Shown piece after piece: positions 1-7,948 of a stretch of 24,458 nucleotides of DNA; the stretch's first letter is position 1; each line of letters starts with the position of its first letter. Position numbers and translations under genes: made by a program. Where the stretch lies: the NCBI GenBank assembly GCA_033762115.1, contig JANRLX010000112.1, forward strand, positions 1 through 24,458. The letters run 5' to 3'. The DNA is from Verrucomicrobiota bacterium (GTDB lineage: Bacteria; Verrucomicrobiota; Verrucomicrobiia; Limisphaerales; SXQI01). The notes below the pieces were generated by a model. That model was not told the DNA's origin and made no database searches. It worked only from the letters and a program-made list of their open reading frames with translations.

Positions 1-2
1 CT

Positions 3-431
3 GCACAACGTAATCTAGCGTTGGCACGGCTGGCGGCATCTTTGGAAGCGGCGATCACCGCAGGCATTCCCATCATCCAGGCGTGGGAACTCGCAGCGAA
101 AGCTTCCGGTTCCCCTTACCTAAAACGGATTTTGACAGCAACCCGCCCAAGGATGGAGCAAGGTGAAACTCCTGCTGAAATTCTGCAAACTTTGAAGTCA
201 TTCCCCGAATTGTTCGTGAGTTCCTATACTGCGGGTGAAGTCAGCGGACAACTGGATTCCACTTTGAAACGGCTTCATCATTATTATCAGTCAGAGGCCT
301 CCGCAAAACTGCAGGACATAGCGGAATGGCTCCCGAGATTGGTTTATATTGCGGTGGCGATTGGAATCGCGTTTCAAATCATTGGTTTCTACAGCGATTA
401 TTTTGGTCAGGCCGCAAAATTCATGGAGTAA
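3..431 (+). CDS. Type II secretion system F / type IV pilus PilC family inner-membrane platform protein, C-terminal part (truncated by window start)
   Basis: The frame is open from base 3 (AQRNLALARLAASL...). It has T2SSF-domain features: AGIPIIQAW (AGvpl-type helix start), MEQGETPAE, FPELF, and AGEVSGQLDSTLKRL (GE-x-SG-x-L motif). A C-terminal TM helix (LPRLVYIAVAIGIAFQIIGFY) follows. Confidence 0.88.
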   Translation, partial: AQRNLALARLAASLEAAITAGIPIIQAWELAAKASGSPYLKRILTATRPRMEQGETPAEILQTLKSFPELFVSSYTAGEVSGQLDSTLKRLHHYYQSEASAKLQDIAEWLPRLVYIAVAIGIAFQIIGFYSDYFGQAAKFME

Positions 432-440
432 GGAGGGCGG

Positions 441-1592
441 ATGACGGTTGAAGAAATTTTAAAGAATGAAGAACTGCGGCGATATGAATTTCCGGTCACA
501 TCCAATCGCATTTACTTAAGTCATGCCGGAGTTTGTTCTTTGCCAAGGCGTGTTGCCGCAGCAATGAACCAGTTGGCAGAATCCTCCATTTCGCAGGACC
601 AGGAAAGTGCAGCCGGCCACGAATTGTTTTCAGAGACAAGGGCCCTGGCGGCGCGATTGATCGAATGTCAACCCGGGGAAATCGCTTTTGTCGGCCCCAC
701 TTCTCTTGCCTTGAGCTATGTTGCAGGGGGTATTTATTTTTCCCGCCACTCGAATGTCCTGATTTATCATGATGATTATCCGGCAAATGTTTATCCCTGG
801 ATGACCCTCGCAGATCGTGGAGTCGAGGTGCGACTGATGAACATCAGGCAACTTGGCCGGATTCGTCCCCAGGATGTCACAGGGCAAGTGGATGAAAATA
901 CAAAGTTGGTTGCCCTCGCGAGTTGCCATTACCTGGCAGGATACCGCATCGATATCGCTGCCATTGGCAAGGAATTGAAAGAGCGAAATATTCTTTTCAG
1001 CCTGGATGCGATTCAAACACTCGGCGCGTTTCCCACCAAAGTGGAATCCGTGGATTTTCTCTGTTCTGGTGCCCATAAATGGCTCCTGGGTCCGTGCGGT
1101 GCCGGATTGATGTACGTGCGCCAGGAAATCCAGGAAAAACTACGCCCGATCGCCCATGGCTGGTTCAATGTTCGAAGCCCGAATTTTGTGGCATCAGATG
1201 AAATGGTCTACCGATCCGATGCAAGAAAGTACGAGGCCGGAACCCATAACCTGGCGGGCTTGGCAGGGTTAAAAGCTTCACTGGAATTGATCCTGGAATT
1301 GGGAGTGGACAACATCGCAGCTGAACTGCTCCGGAAACGGGCATGGGTCACTCCCGAACTTCAAAGGAAAGGGTTTACTGTATTGCAGGCGGATTCGCCC
1401 AAACAGAATTGGGGAGGTATGTTTTCCTTTTATGCAGAAGGAAAAGACATGGCAGAATTGCATCAAAAACTAGAAGCCGCTGGAATTTGGGTCAACCTGC
1501 GCATCGATCGAACCGGAAAAAAATATATCCGCATCTCACCCCATTTTTTTAACACTGACGAAGAACTGAATCGAATGCTCGAACTTCTTTGA
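441..1592 (+). CDS. Aminotransferase class V-fold PLP-dependent enzyme (cysteine desulfurase/selenocysteine lyase-like fold)
   Basis: Motifs FP...IYLSHAG, LDAIQTLG (PLP-binding Asp/Gln), SGAHKWLLGPCGAG (Schiff-base Lys at nt 1077-1079), YEAGT and IRISPHFFN. A strong Shine-Dalgarno (AGGAGG, 431-436) precedes the ATG, 9 nt after the upstream stop. Confidence 0.9.
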   Translation: MTVEEILKNEELRRYEFPVTSNRIYLSHAGVCSLPRRVAAAMNQLAESSISQDQESAAGHELFSETRALAARLIECQPGEIAFVGPTSLALSYVAGGIYFSRHSNVLIYHDDYPANVYPWMTLADRGVEVRLMNIRQLGRIRPQDVTGQVDENTKLVALASCHYLAGYRIDIAAIGKELKERNILFSLDAIQTLGAFPTKVESVDFLCSGAHKWLLGPCGAGLMYVRQEIQEKLRPIAHGWFNVRSPNFVASDEMVYRSDARKYEAGTHNLAGLAGLKASLELILELGVDNIAAELLRKRAWVTPELQRKGFTVLQADSPKQNWGGMFSFYAEGKDMAELHQKLEAAGIWVNLRIDRTGKKYIRISPHFFNTDEELNRMLELL

Positions 1593-1622
1593 GCAATGGT
1601 CGATTGTGACAAGAAAAGAATG

Positions 1623-1650
1623 TTGTGCTCGCTGCCGTCAGCCCTAAACT
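1623..1650 (+). promoter_or_regulatory. Putative sigma70-type promoter for the Yip1 gene
   Basis: TTGTGC (1623-1628), 16 nt spacer, TAAACT (1645-1650). The ATG is at 1662. Consensus match only. Confidence 0.35.
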
Positions 1651-1661
1651 CCCCATCCTGA

Positions 1662-2252
1662 ATGAGGGCTGTACAATTGTTATTTAGTCCGGGCGAGACC
1701 TGGGAAAAGATTGCTTTGGAAAAGCGTAGTGTGCTTTTCATTTTTTTCATCTCTGTATTACCCGCAATGCTTTTGGGTTACGGCGTCGAGGCATATTCAA
1801 TGGCGACCTGGGGAGTGCGCCGGGGGGAGTTTGGCCACCTTTCCACAGTCAGCCAGGAAATCGCGCTCAAGGTTTTCCTGATCAACCTCGCGCTGGGCAC
1901 GATGAGCGTTTTTATCAGCGCTTATATTGTTAAAACCACGGCTGAAAGTTTTCATTCACAAGTCACTTTTAGACAAACCTTCGCCGCAACTGCGTATAGT
2001 CTATTACCGGTGTTCCTGCTTCACATTTTCGATGCTGTTCCCATGATTCCAACCTGGGCTTGCTACGGAGTTGGCATTGCCCTCGCGCTCTGCTGGCTTT
2101 ACCACGGAGTTGGAATCGTGATGAAACCTGAGCAGACAAAAGGCTTCGGTATTTTTATTTTCAGCATTGTAACACTGACTGTAATTACCGCGTTTACCCA
2201 TTTCGTGGGGATTTGGGTCATGGAAGGAAAGCTCTGGAAAGCGAATCTTTAA
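1662..2252 (+). CDS. Yip1/DUF1282 family integral membrane protein
   Basis: N-terminal LLFSPGETWEKIA (the P-x-x-x-W-x-x-I start typical of bacterial Yip1 proteins), about 5 hydrophobic segments, and AYSLLPVFL and LYHGV motifs. Confidence 0.75.
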   Translation: MRAVQLLFSPGETWEKIALEKRSVLFIFFISVLPAMLLGYGVEAYSMATWGVRRGEFGHLSTVSQEIALKVFLINLALGTMSVFISAYIVKTTAESFHSQVTFRQTFAATAYSLLPVFLLHIFDAVPMIPTWACYGVGIALALCWLYHGVGIVMKPEQTKGFGIFIFSIVTLTVITAFTHFVGIWVMEGKLWKANL

Positions 2253-2321
2253 AAGATTGCCTTTCATCTTGAGCTTGTTTCAGAAAGCGACGACTCATTT
2301 CCATCACTTTCCTCCATTCGC

Positions 2322-2361
2322 AAAAACAAAAAAGCCCGGCTTATTCAGCCGGGCTTTGTTT
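2322..2361. terminator. Intrinsic terminator, probably bidirectional, between the convergent Yip1 and LamG/cohesin genes
   Basis: Perfect 11-bp stem AAAGCCCGGCT (2331-2341) / AGCCGGGCTTT (2347-2357) with a 5-nt loop. There is a long U-tract on the minus strand (A-rich 2322-2333) and TTTGTTT on the plus strand. Confidence 0.9.
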
Positions 2362-2371
2362 GAGAGCTTGA

Positions 2372-5300
2372 TTATTCCACCTGGACTGCCCGGTAGAAGC
2401 GGGCATCATCTTCTCCTGCATCAAGGTCAGTGATGGTAAGCTGTCCGCTGGCGGTCGTTTGGGTGTAAAGCGTCGTCCAGTCCACGAGGTTTGTGGACAC
2501 TTCGATGCGGTAGGTTCCGCCCGCTTCCCCGGTTATTGTGAAGGTAGGTTTGCCTTCAGTGCTGATCGTAGCATCAATATTGGCAGGAATTGGCGTGCGG
2601 CTTGAAATGTAGAGCGTATCGCCACCGATCGTTCTTGTTAACGAAGTGGCATCCGAAACCTCCACCTGTTGAATTTCAATCGGCCAGCGATATTTCGATG
2701 TGATCCCTTCCTGCGCAACAAAGCTGAGCCGGAGCAGTTGTCCAGCGGCTCCATTCCACAGCGTGGGTGTTGACATGGCCCCAGAAACGAGGCCGGACTG
2801 TGCGGAATAATTATTTGCAGGAGCCACATTCCACAGAACGAGGCCTCCTGATGGAACCAGAGTTCCAGCGCCAAGGGACTGTGAGCCCGTTAATCTCAAA
2901 ACATCAGCGGGATAGGAAATTTTAAAGGAAGCCCCGGAAATAGGAGATTCCACATAAACATCGCCTGTCACAGTTACGATATCACCGGCTGAGACTATCT
3001 CATTGGAAGTAGTCAGATCCACGTAATCCAAAACCAGAGGCACATTAGTAGGAGAGAGGTTTTGACGCGCCAGCGCGTTGTTCTCCCCAGAACCAGGCTG
3101 CGGATCCAGCCCTACAACCGCTCGAAGCACGCGGATGACATCCCCTGAATCAACCTGATTGTTAATGTTCAAGTCGTTTCCGGTGACATCCCATGGCCGA
3201 ACTTCCTCCAGTTCCGTGACCATTCGAAGAATTATCCCGGCATCACCTACGTCCAAACGATCATTTGCGTTGTTGTCGCCCAGGTAATCGCGTTGAGTAA
3301 TATTGACAGAAGAACCCACCAAGGCAGTGCCGAACAGAAGTTCATTGCCTGTCTGATCGTAGATGCCTACCAACTCCAGATCAATTGATGTGACCAGGTT
3401 GCTAGGAACACTGCGAGTGCGGAATCTGATTGAACCGAGTAATTCGGAATCAAGCGCACCCACTACAGCCAATTTCACCTTTCCATTACCGAGATCGTTG
3501 ACCTCCTTCAAGCTATGGTCGAGTTGGTAATTCCATTCAACAACTGGCATCCGCAAATAATTGGTATCATATGCGATGATGAAAGTAATTCCGGACACTA
3601 CACCAGTAGAAGTGAGCCTGATGGGCAGTTGCACAGCAGCCCCTTCCTGCCTCGCAGGAGCGCTGCCAAGGGATAGCACGCGGAGAGGAGTCCAGATCGT
3701 TGTGACTTCGTTACTACCGAAATTACCAAATTCATCTTCAGCTATAATAGTGAAGATGTTGGTTCCTGGAACCATTCGTTGATCCAGAACTTCGAAAAGC
3801 GAAGTTTGAAGGATCAAAGGTTGCGGGGGTGCTCCATTCCATGACCAGGTCGAATTAACAATTCGCGAATTATCCTGGATGGAACCACGCAGGTGGAATC
3901 GTTCATCGACGGTTTCACCCGCCAGAGGAGAGTCGATCACAATAACGGGCGCCGAATCGTCAGCTGGAAGAACGGTCAGCAGCGCTTCAGAGCTATCCAC
4001 GAACTCTCCAGTTGCGAACGAAAGACGAGCTTTGTAAGTTCCCGAATCAGCCAAAGAGACGCCAGGAAGAGTCAAAAGATCATTTGTTTGGTTTGGCAAG
4101 GAATTCGTTCCTTTATACCATTGAACGGATATTCCGGGGCGCGGAGTGTAACCCACCGAAAGTTCCACCGTTTGTCCTTCCCAAACAATCTGTGAAACTG
4201 GATGCGAATTGATTACAGGCAAACTTGGGAAAGGAAGAAAGCCGTTGGTAAATCCACTTCCAAACAATCGGATTCTGTCAATCGAACCCGTAAATCCTGT
4301 CGGTCGATTTATGTCCCCGCCGATGGAAGCAATATACGAAGGAACTCCGCTAAATATGATCGGAGTGAGGAGCGGCTTGAAGCCAACGAGTTGCTTATCC
4401 ACAAAGAGTGCAACACCCGATTCATTAATGATTACACCGATATAGTGATATTTGCCATCCTGGGGAAGTGGCCCAGTTAATGTGAATGAATTTGCGAACG
4501 CGACAATTTTGATAGCCACGGCTTGCGTTATCGAATCATAGCTAAGTCGAAACTCACTAGTCCCAATGGAGCTTCGGATCAGGAAAAATGTTTCATTCCG
4601 GTTCGTCCCAGAAGGATTCAGGATTGCTTCTGCGGTAAAGTTTGTTGTGATTCTGTACTCTTCACCTCCACTTGCACTGAAAAGACTGTTCCGGTTGGTC
4701 TTAAAATACACTGCCAAGGAACCTTCGCCTTCCACTACATTGGTATAAACTGCAGTCCTGCGGCTTGGTGTTGATGTTGCATTGTTCGAGAAAGAGGAAT
4801 AATCACGCAAGCTGATCGCGGTCACATTATTAGTGCCTTCTTCCATTGTCCAATCTCCCAGGAGCCCTGAATAATCCAAAACCGTTAAGAGTGCAGTCCT
4901 GCTTACCACGCTACCTAACTCATTCGCAAGGACTACAGAGTATCCTCCAGCGGCGCTGGATTGAATGTTGCTTAACACAAGCGAAGAATTCGTGGCGCCA
5001 GTCAAAAGTTCAGTCCCAAAAAACCATTGATAAACAAGATTTTGCCCCATTCCTGCGACCGTGAACGTTGCATTTCCGCCCACATTTACAGTTCGGGAGA
5101 TAGGCTGCAGTGTGATTATTGGTGGGTCAATGGATGTAGTCCCTGGAGTAAAGGGGAAAAATTCCTGTGGTCCAAGCACCCCTCTGGTAATCCGAACCCG
5201 ATCCATTGAGCCATGATAGTAATACCCCGCAGATGAACCGCCCACATACAAATCGACTGGCCCACCCGGAGGAAGCCCAGGAAGAATTGTTACGGTGTTA

Positions 5301-7129
5301 GATGCCGCGAGATTCCCATCAAGATATAACTTCAAGGTATTGTCGTCACGAACTGCTGCAATATGATGCGCGAAATTATCAGAAGGAATAGCAACCCTGA
5401 CATATTCCTGAACATTCGACTCATCCTGCAGATAAAAGGTCACTTCACGGGTCTGACTGCTATAGCCCAAAGCATAACCAATCTTGTTATTTGAAGGATT
5501 TTGAGCCACCACCAAACCACGTTGTTCGGTATTCAAGTCTCCGGGATTAATCAATGCTTCCAGCGTAAAGCTTTCGGCGCGGAAATTAAAATTACTGGTG
5601 GCAACAGGTTTGAATAGCGCACTCGAAGGGAATGCCATCGAAATACTTTCGTTGGTGCCAGAGATATATTTTCCATAACCTAGCACTCCGTTGGGTGACC
5701 CATGATTGCCCTGCCCCGAATAATCTACAACGTTGGTCACAGTCTGCCCTAAAACCCCTTCTTCAAATGTCCAGTCAGCAACGGTCTGCGAAGGAGGCGG
5801 AGGGCTAACAAACGCAAATTCTGAGGGATTTAGTGCCTTCTTTGTCATGCGGACTCGATCCAAAGTTCCGTTGAAATTATATCCCGCTGACGACGCCCCC
5901 ACCCTCAACTCCACCGGGCCGCCGGTAACAGGCAGGTTCGGCACTATTGTTACAGCATTAGATGCAACCAAAGATCCATTCACATATAACTCAATTTGGT
6001 TTCCATTCCGAACTGCAGCAACGTGGGAAAATGAGTTGGTAGGCAAATTACCTCGCACGAATTGCTGAGTGCCGGATGCGTTTTGCAAATAAAAGGTTAC
6101 CCGCCCCTCAAGCCCATCATACCCAATAGCATATCCGATATTTCCATTTAGAGGATTTTGCGCAACAACCACACCTCTTTGATATCCAAGATTTCCCGCA
6201 CCTGGCAAAACGATGACCTCAATTGTGAAATCATTGGTAGAGAAATTGAAATCAGAACTCGCCTGAGGCATAAATCCACCAACTCCTTCAAAAGCTAAGG
6301 AAACAGCCGCGTTTGAACCTTGCTCCGAGGAAACATAGGTCAATCCCCCGAAGGAGATGCCTGAGTGACCTCTGCCTGAATAATCAACCAGGTTCGTTGC
6401 AATCTGACCGTTGCCCCCCTCTTCAAACGTCCAGTCAGCAACAACCAGATTGATCGGTGGCTCAACTGGAGGGTTGGTAACACCAGGTAGAGCCCTGTAG
6501 ACAAGTTGGACACCATTTAAGACCGAAACTCCATCCAATCCAGGGGCCGAGTTGATATGCAACTCTCCCGTATTTGTTAGTGCAATTCCTCTAAAGGCCA
6601 CGTAGTGAGATCCTTCCACCCAATTGTTCGTGTCATTCCAGTTTGTTGAAGTGGATGTGCTGTTGGTCCCAATCAATCCGCCCGCTGCATATAGTGAAAT
6701 AACAGAATTCTCCCCGGGCACTTGCCCATGTGCATAAACGTAAACATCATACTCGCCTGACGGCAACCCGCTGAAGGTCAAACCTATGCTCCCGATCTTG
6801 TTGGACGGATAGAGGTAGCTTTCGAACATCGCGTCCGGATGATCTGTCAACCATAAACCCGCTGCATTGGTAACCAGAGCGGTCACTTGTGCGGGCGTTT
6901 GGTCATGCCAGAGAAGATTCGACACAACGCCGGTACTGCGCCATTCATTTGCGGAAATATCCCTGCTGTAAACATTCCAAAAGTCGTTTGACCCTGCGCC
7001 AACGGCTGCCATCCCTGTCTTGGAATGCACAAATGGGTTCAGGTGCCCAGTTAAATCGAGGTTCAGGTAAGAATCAGCGTATAATAATCCACTGAACGCG
7101 TACAATAATCCCGCCAACAAATATTTCAT
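2372..7129 (-). CDS. Large secreted multidomain protein (1585 aa): signal peptide, N-terminal beta domain, 3x LamG-like jellyroll, 2x Ig (I-set-like), Big-type Ig, cohesin, dockerin, cohesin, C-terminal domain
   Basis: Start moved to the ATG at 7129 because MKYLLAGLLYAFSGLLYA-DS is a signal peptide. LamG units begin (V)ADWTFEEG or GDWTMEEG and end DRVR/DRIR (about 6445-5816, 5785-5157, 4864-4250). Ig units begin PPIITLQP and LPVINSHP (about 5125-4880, 4222-3971). Cohesin-like units lie at about 3685-3296 and 3022-2600. The dockerin has duplicated Ca-binding loops (3280-3104). Confidence 0.85.
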   Translation of the reverse strand: MKYLLAGLLYAFSGLLYADSYLNLDLTGHLNPFVHSKTGMAAVGAGSNDFWNVYSRDISANEWRSTGVVSNLLWHDQTPAQVTALVTNAAGLWLTDHPDAMFESYLYPSNKIGSIGLTFSGLPSGEYDVYVYAHGQVPGENSVISLYAAGGLIGTNSTSTSTNWNDTNNWVEGSHYVAFRGIALTNTGELHINSAPGLDGVSVLNGVQLVYRALPGVTNPPVEPPINLVVADWTFEEGGNGQIATNLVDYSGRGHSGISFGGLTYVSSEQGSNAAVSLAFEGVGGFMPQASSDFNFSTNDFTIEVIVLPGAGNLGYQRGVVVAQNPLNGNIGYAIGYDGLEGRVTFYLQNASGTQQFVRGNLPTNSFSHVAAVRNGNQIELYVNGSLVASNAVTIVPNLPVTGGPVELRVGASSAGYNFNGTLDRVRMTKKALNPSEFAFVSPPPPSQTVADWTFEEGVLGQTVTNVVDYSGQGNHGSPNGVLGYGKYISGTNESISMAFPSSALFKPVATSNFNFRAESFTLEALINPGDLNTEQRGLVVAQNPSNNKIGYALGYSSQTREVTFYLQDESNVQEYVRVAIPSDNFAHHIAAVRDDNTLKLYLDGNLAASNTVTILPGLPPGGPVDLYVGGSSAGYYYHGSMDRVRITRGVLGPQEFFPFTPGTTSIDPPIITLQPISRTVNVGGNATFTVAGMGQNLVYQWFFGTELLTGATNSSLVLSNIQSSAAGGYSVVLANELGSVVSRTALLTVLDYSGLLGDWTMEEGTNNVTAISLRDYSSFSNNATSTPSRRTAVYTNVVEGEGSLAVYFKTNRNSLFSASGGEEYRITTNFTAEAILNPSGTNRNETFFLIRSSIGTSEFRLSYDSITQAVAIKIVAFANSFTLTGPLPQDGKYHYIGVIINESGVALFVDKQLVGFKPLLTPIIFSGVPSYIASIGGDINRPTGFTGSIDRIRLFGSGFTNGFLPFPSLPVINSHPVSQIVWEGQTVELSVGYTPRPGISVQWYKGTNSLPNQTNDLLTLPGVSLADSGTYKARLSFATGEFVDSSEALLTVLPADDSAPVIVIDSPLAGETVDERFHLRGSIQDNSRIVNSTWSWNGAPPQPLILQTSLFEVLDQRMVPGTNIFTIIAEDEFGNFGSNEVTTIWTPLRVLSLGSAPARQEGAAVQLPIRLTSTGVVSGITFIIAYDTNYLRMPVVEWNYQLDHSLKEVNDLGNGKVKLAVVGALDSELLGSIRFRTRSVPSNLVTSIDLELVGIYDQTGNELLFGTALVGSSVNITQRDYLGDNNANDRLDVGDAGIILRMVTELEEVRPWDVTGNDLNINNQVDSGDVIRVLRAVVGLDPQPGSGENNALARQNLSPTNVPLVLDYVDLTTSNEIVSAGDIVTVTGDVYVESPISGASFKISYPADVLRLTGSQSLGAGTLVPSGGLVLWNVAPANNYSAQSGLVSGAMSTPTLWNGAAGQLLRLSFVAQEGITSKYRWPIEIQQVEVSDATSLTRTIGGDTLYISSRTPIPANIDATISTEGKPTFTITGEAGGTYRIEVSTNLVDWTTLYTQTTASGQLTITDLDAGEDDARFYRAVQVE
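5157..6445 (-). repeat. Intragenic tandem duplication of a 660-bp (220 aa) LamG-like unit
   Basis: CTTCAAACGTCCAGTCAGCAAC (6421-6442) and CTTCAAATGTCCAGTCAGCAAC (5761-5782) are exactly 660 bp apart. Both copies share VADWTFEEG, VDYSG, QRG-x-VVAQNP, IGYA-x-GY, VTFYLQ, H-x-AAVR, GGPV-x-L-x-VG-x-SSAGY and DRVR. Confidence 0.85.
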
Positions 7130-7187
7130 AACATGAACGGCCTTAGCCCTCGAAGAGCTTGATGAAAGGAGAAAAAACGTCAAGCAC

Positions 7188-7889
7188 TTAATTTTTTTCC
7201 ATCATGATGGCCGTATTCCATGCTAAAAACTCCCGAATTCCGGGTAATTTCATGATCAATTTCAACTCTGGATAGTACCGAGGTTCAACCGCCTTGACTT
7301 GAATATTGGGAATATTTGTTAAATCCCTTAAGGTTTTACCGATGAATGTGGGAAATAAATTTTGATATGGAGTGTGAAGCCGTTTTTTTCCGATTAACAG
7401 ATCATATAACTTAACTCCTGTCTGAGCTCCTAAAAAATGGAATGGTGAGAATTCATGACCACCCCAAGGCGACAACCAGTTCGTCCAGCTTAAATAAAAA
7501 ACTCCCCCCGGGTTTAAAGTTTGAGGAATTCCATCATAAAGCCTGCTAGGCATGCGGAGATGCTCCAGCACATTTGAACAAATTACCAAATCATAAGATC
7601 CCAACTTTACAAACGAATCGGTTTCAAGGTTGAACTGGATAAAAGGTTCATTCCTGAGCGAAGGCTCGAGGAAATTTTGCTCATCCGAAAAAGTTACTTC
7701 GCACCCTTTTTTCTTAAGTTGCCCTCCGAAAATCCCATGACCGCACCCCAAATCAAGAACAGCTACTCCTTTGCCTAATGTGACCCCTTTCTTTTCAAGC
7801 CAGGAAATTGCGTCATCAGCCTGAAACGTGTAGAACGTCGGGTCGTCAGCTGCTTTAAGATGTTGACTGATAAGTTTATGAATGATCAT
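7188..7889 (-). CDS. Class I SAM-dependent methyltransferase, Rv0224c/MtrP-like
   Basis: Motif I VLDLGCGHG, YDLVICSNVLEH and LNPGG, plus family-like segments SWTNWLSPWGGHE, NLFPTFIG, PRYYP and PGIREFLAWN. Start moved to the ATG at 7889 (the ORF track used a GTG at 7928). Confidence 0.88.
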   Translation of the reverse strand: MIIHKLISQHLKAADDPTFYTFQADDAISWLEKKGVTLGKGVAVLDLGCGHGIFGGQLKKKGCEVTFSDEQNFLEPSLRNEPFIQFNLETDSFVKLGSYDLVICSNVLEHLRMPSRLYDGIPQTLNPGGVFYLSWTNWLSPWGGHEFSPFHFLGAQTGVKLYDLLIGKKRLHTPYQNLFPTFIGKTLRDLTNIPNIQVKAVEPRYYPELKLIMKLPGIREFLAWNTAIMMEKN

Positions 7890-7948
7890 GAGCCATGTCA
7901 GATTTACCCGAACAATACATTTACGCACGTTAAAGTTTAAGATCAGCG

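Noticed and set aside
2600..3685. Calling the locus a cellulosome
   Set aside because: There is no glycoside hydrolase, CBM3 or dockerin-bearing enzyme in the window. Only the modules themselves are supported.
2372..7129. Enrichment of classical N-x-S/T glycosylation sequons
   Set aside because: A hand count gives about 19 sequons, roughly what the high Asn and Ser/Thr content would give by chance.
7130..7183. ORF-track upstream starts (TTG 7183; likewise 7928, 14036, 17721)
   Set aside because: Downstream starts give clean signal peptides or family-typical lengths and avoid overlaps. TTGACG at 7183-7178 may instead be a -35 box, but no convincing -10 follows it.
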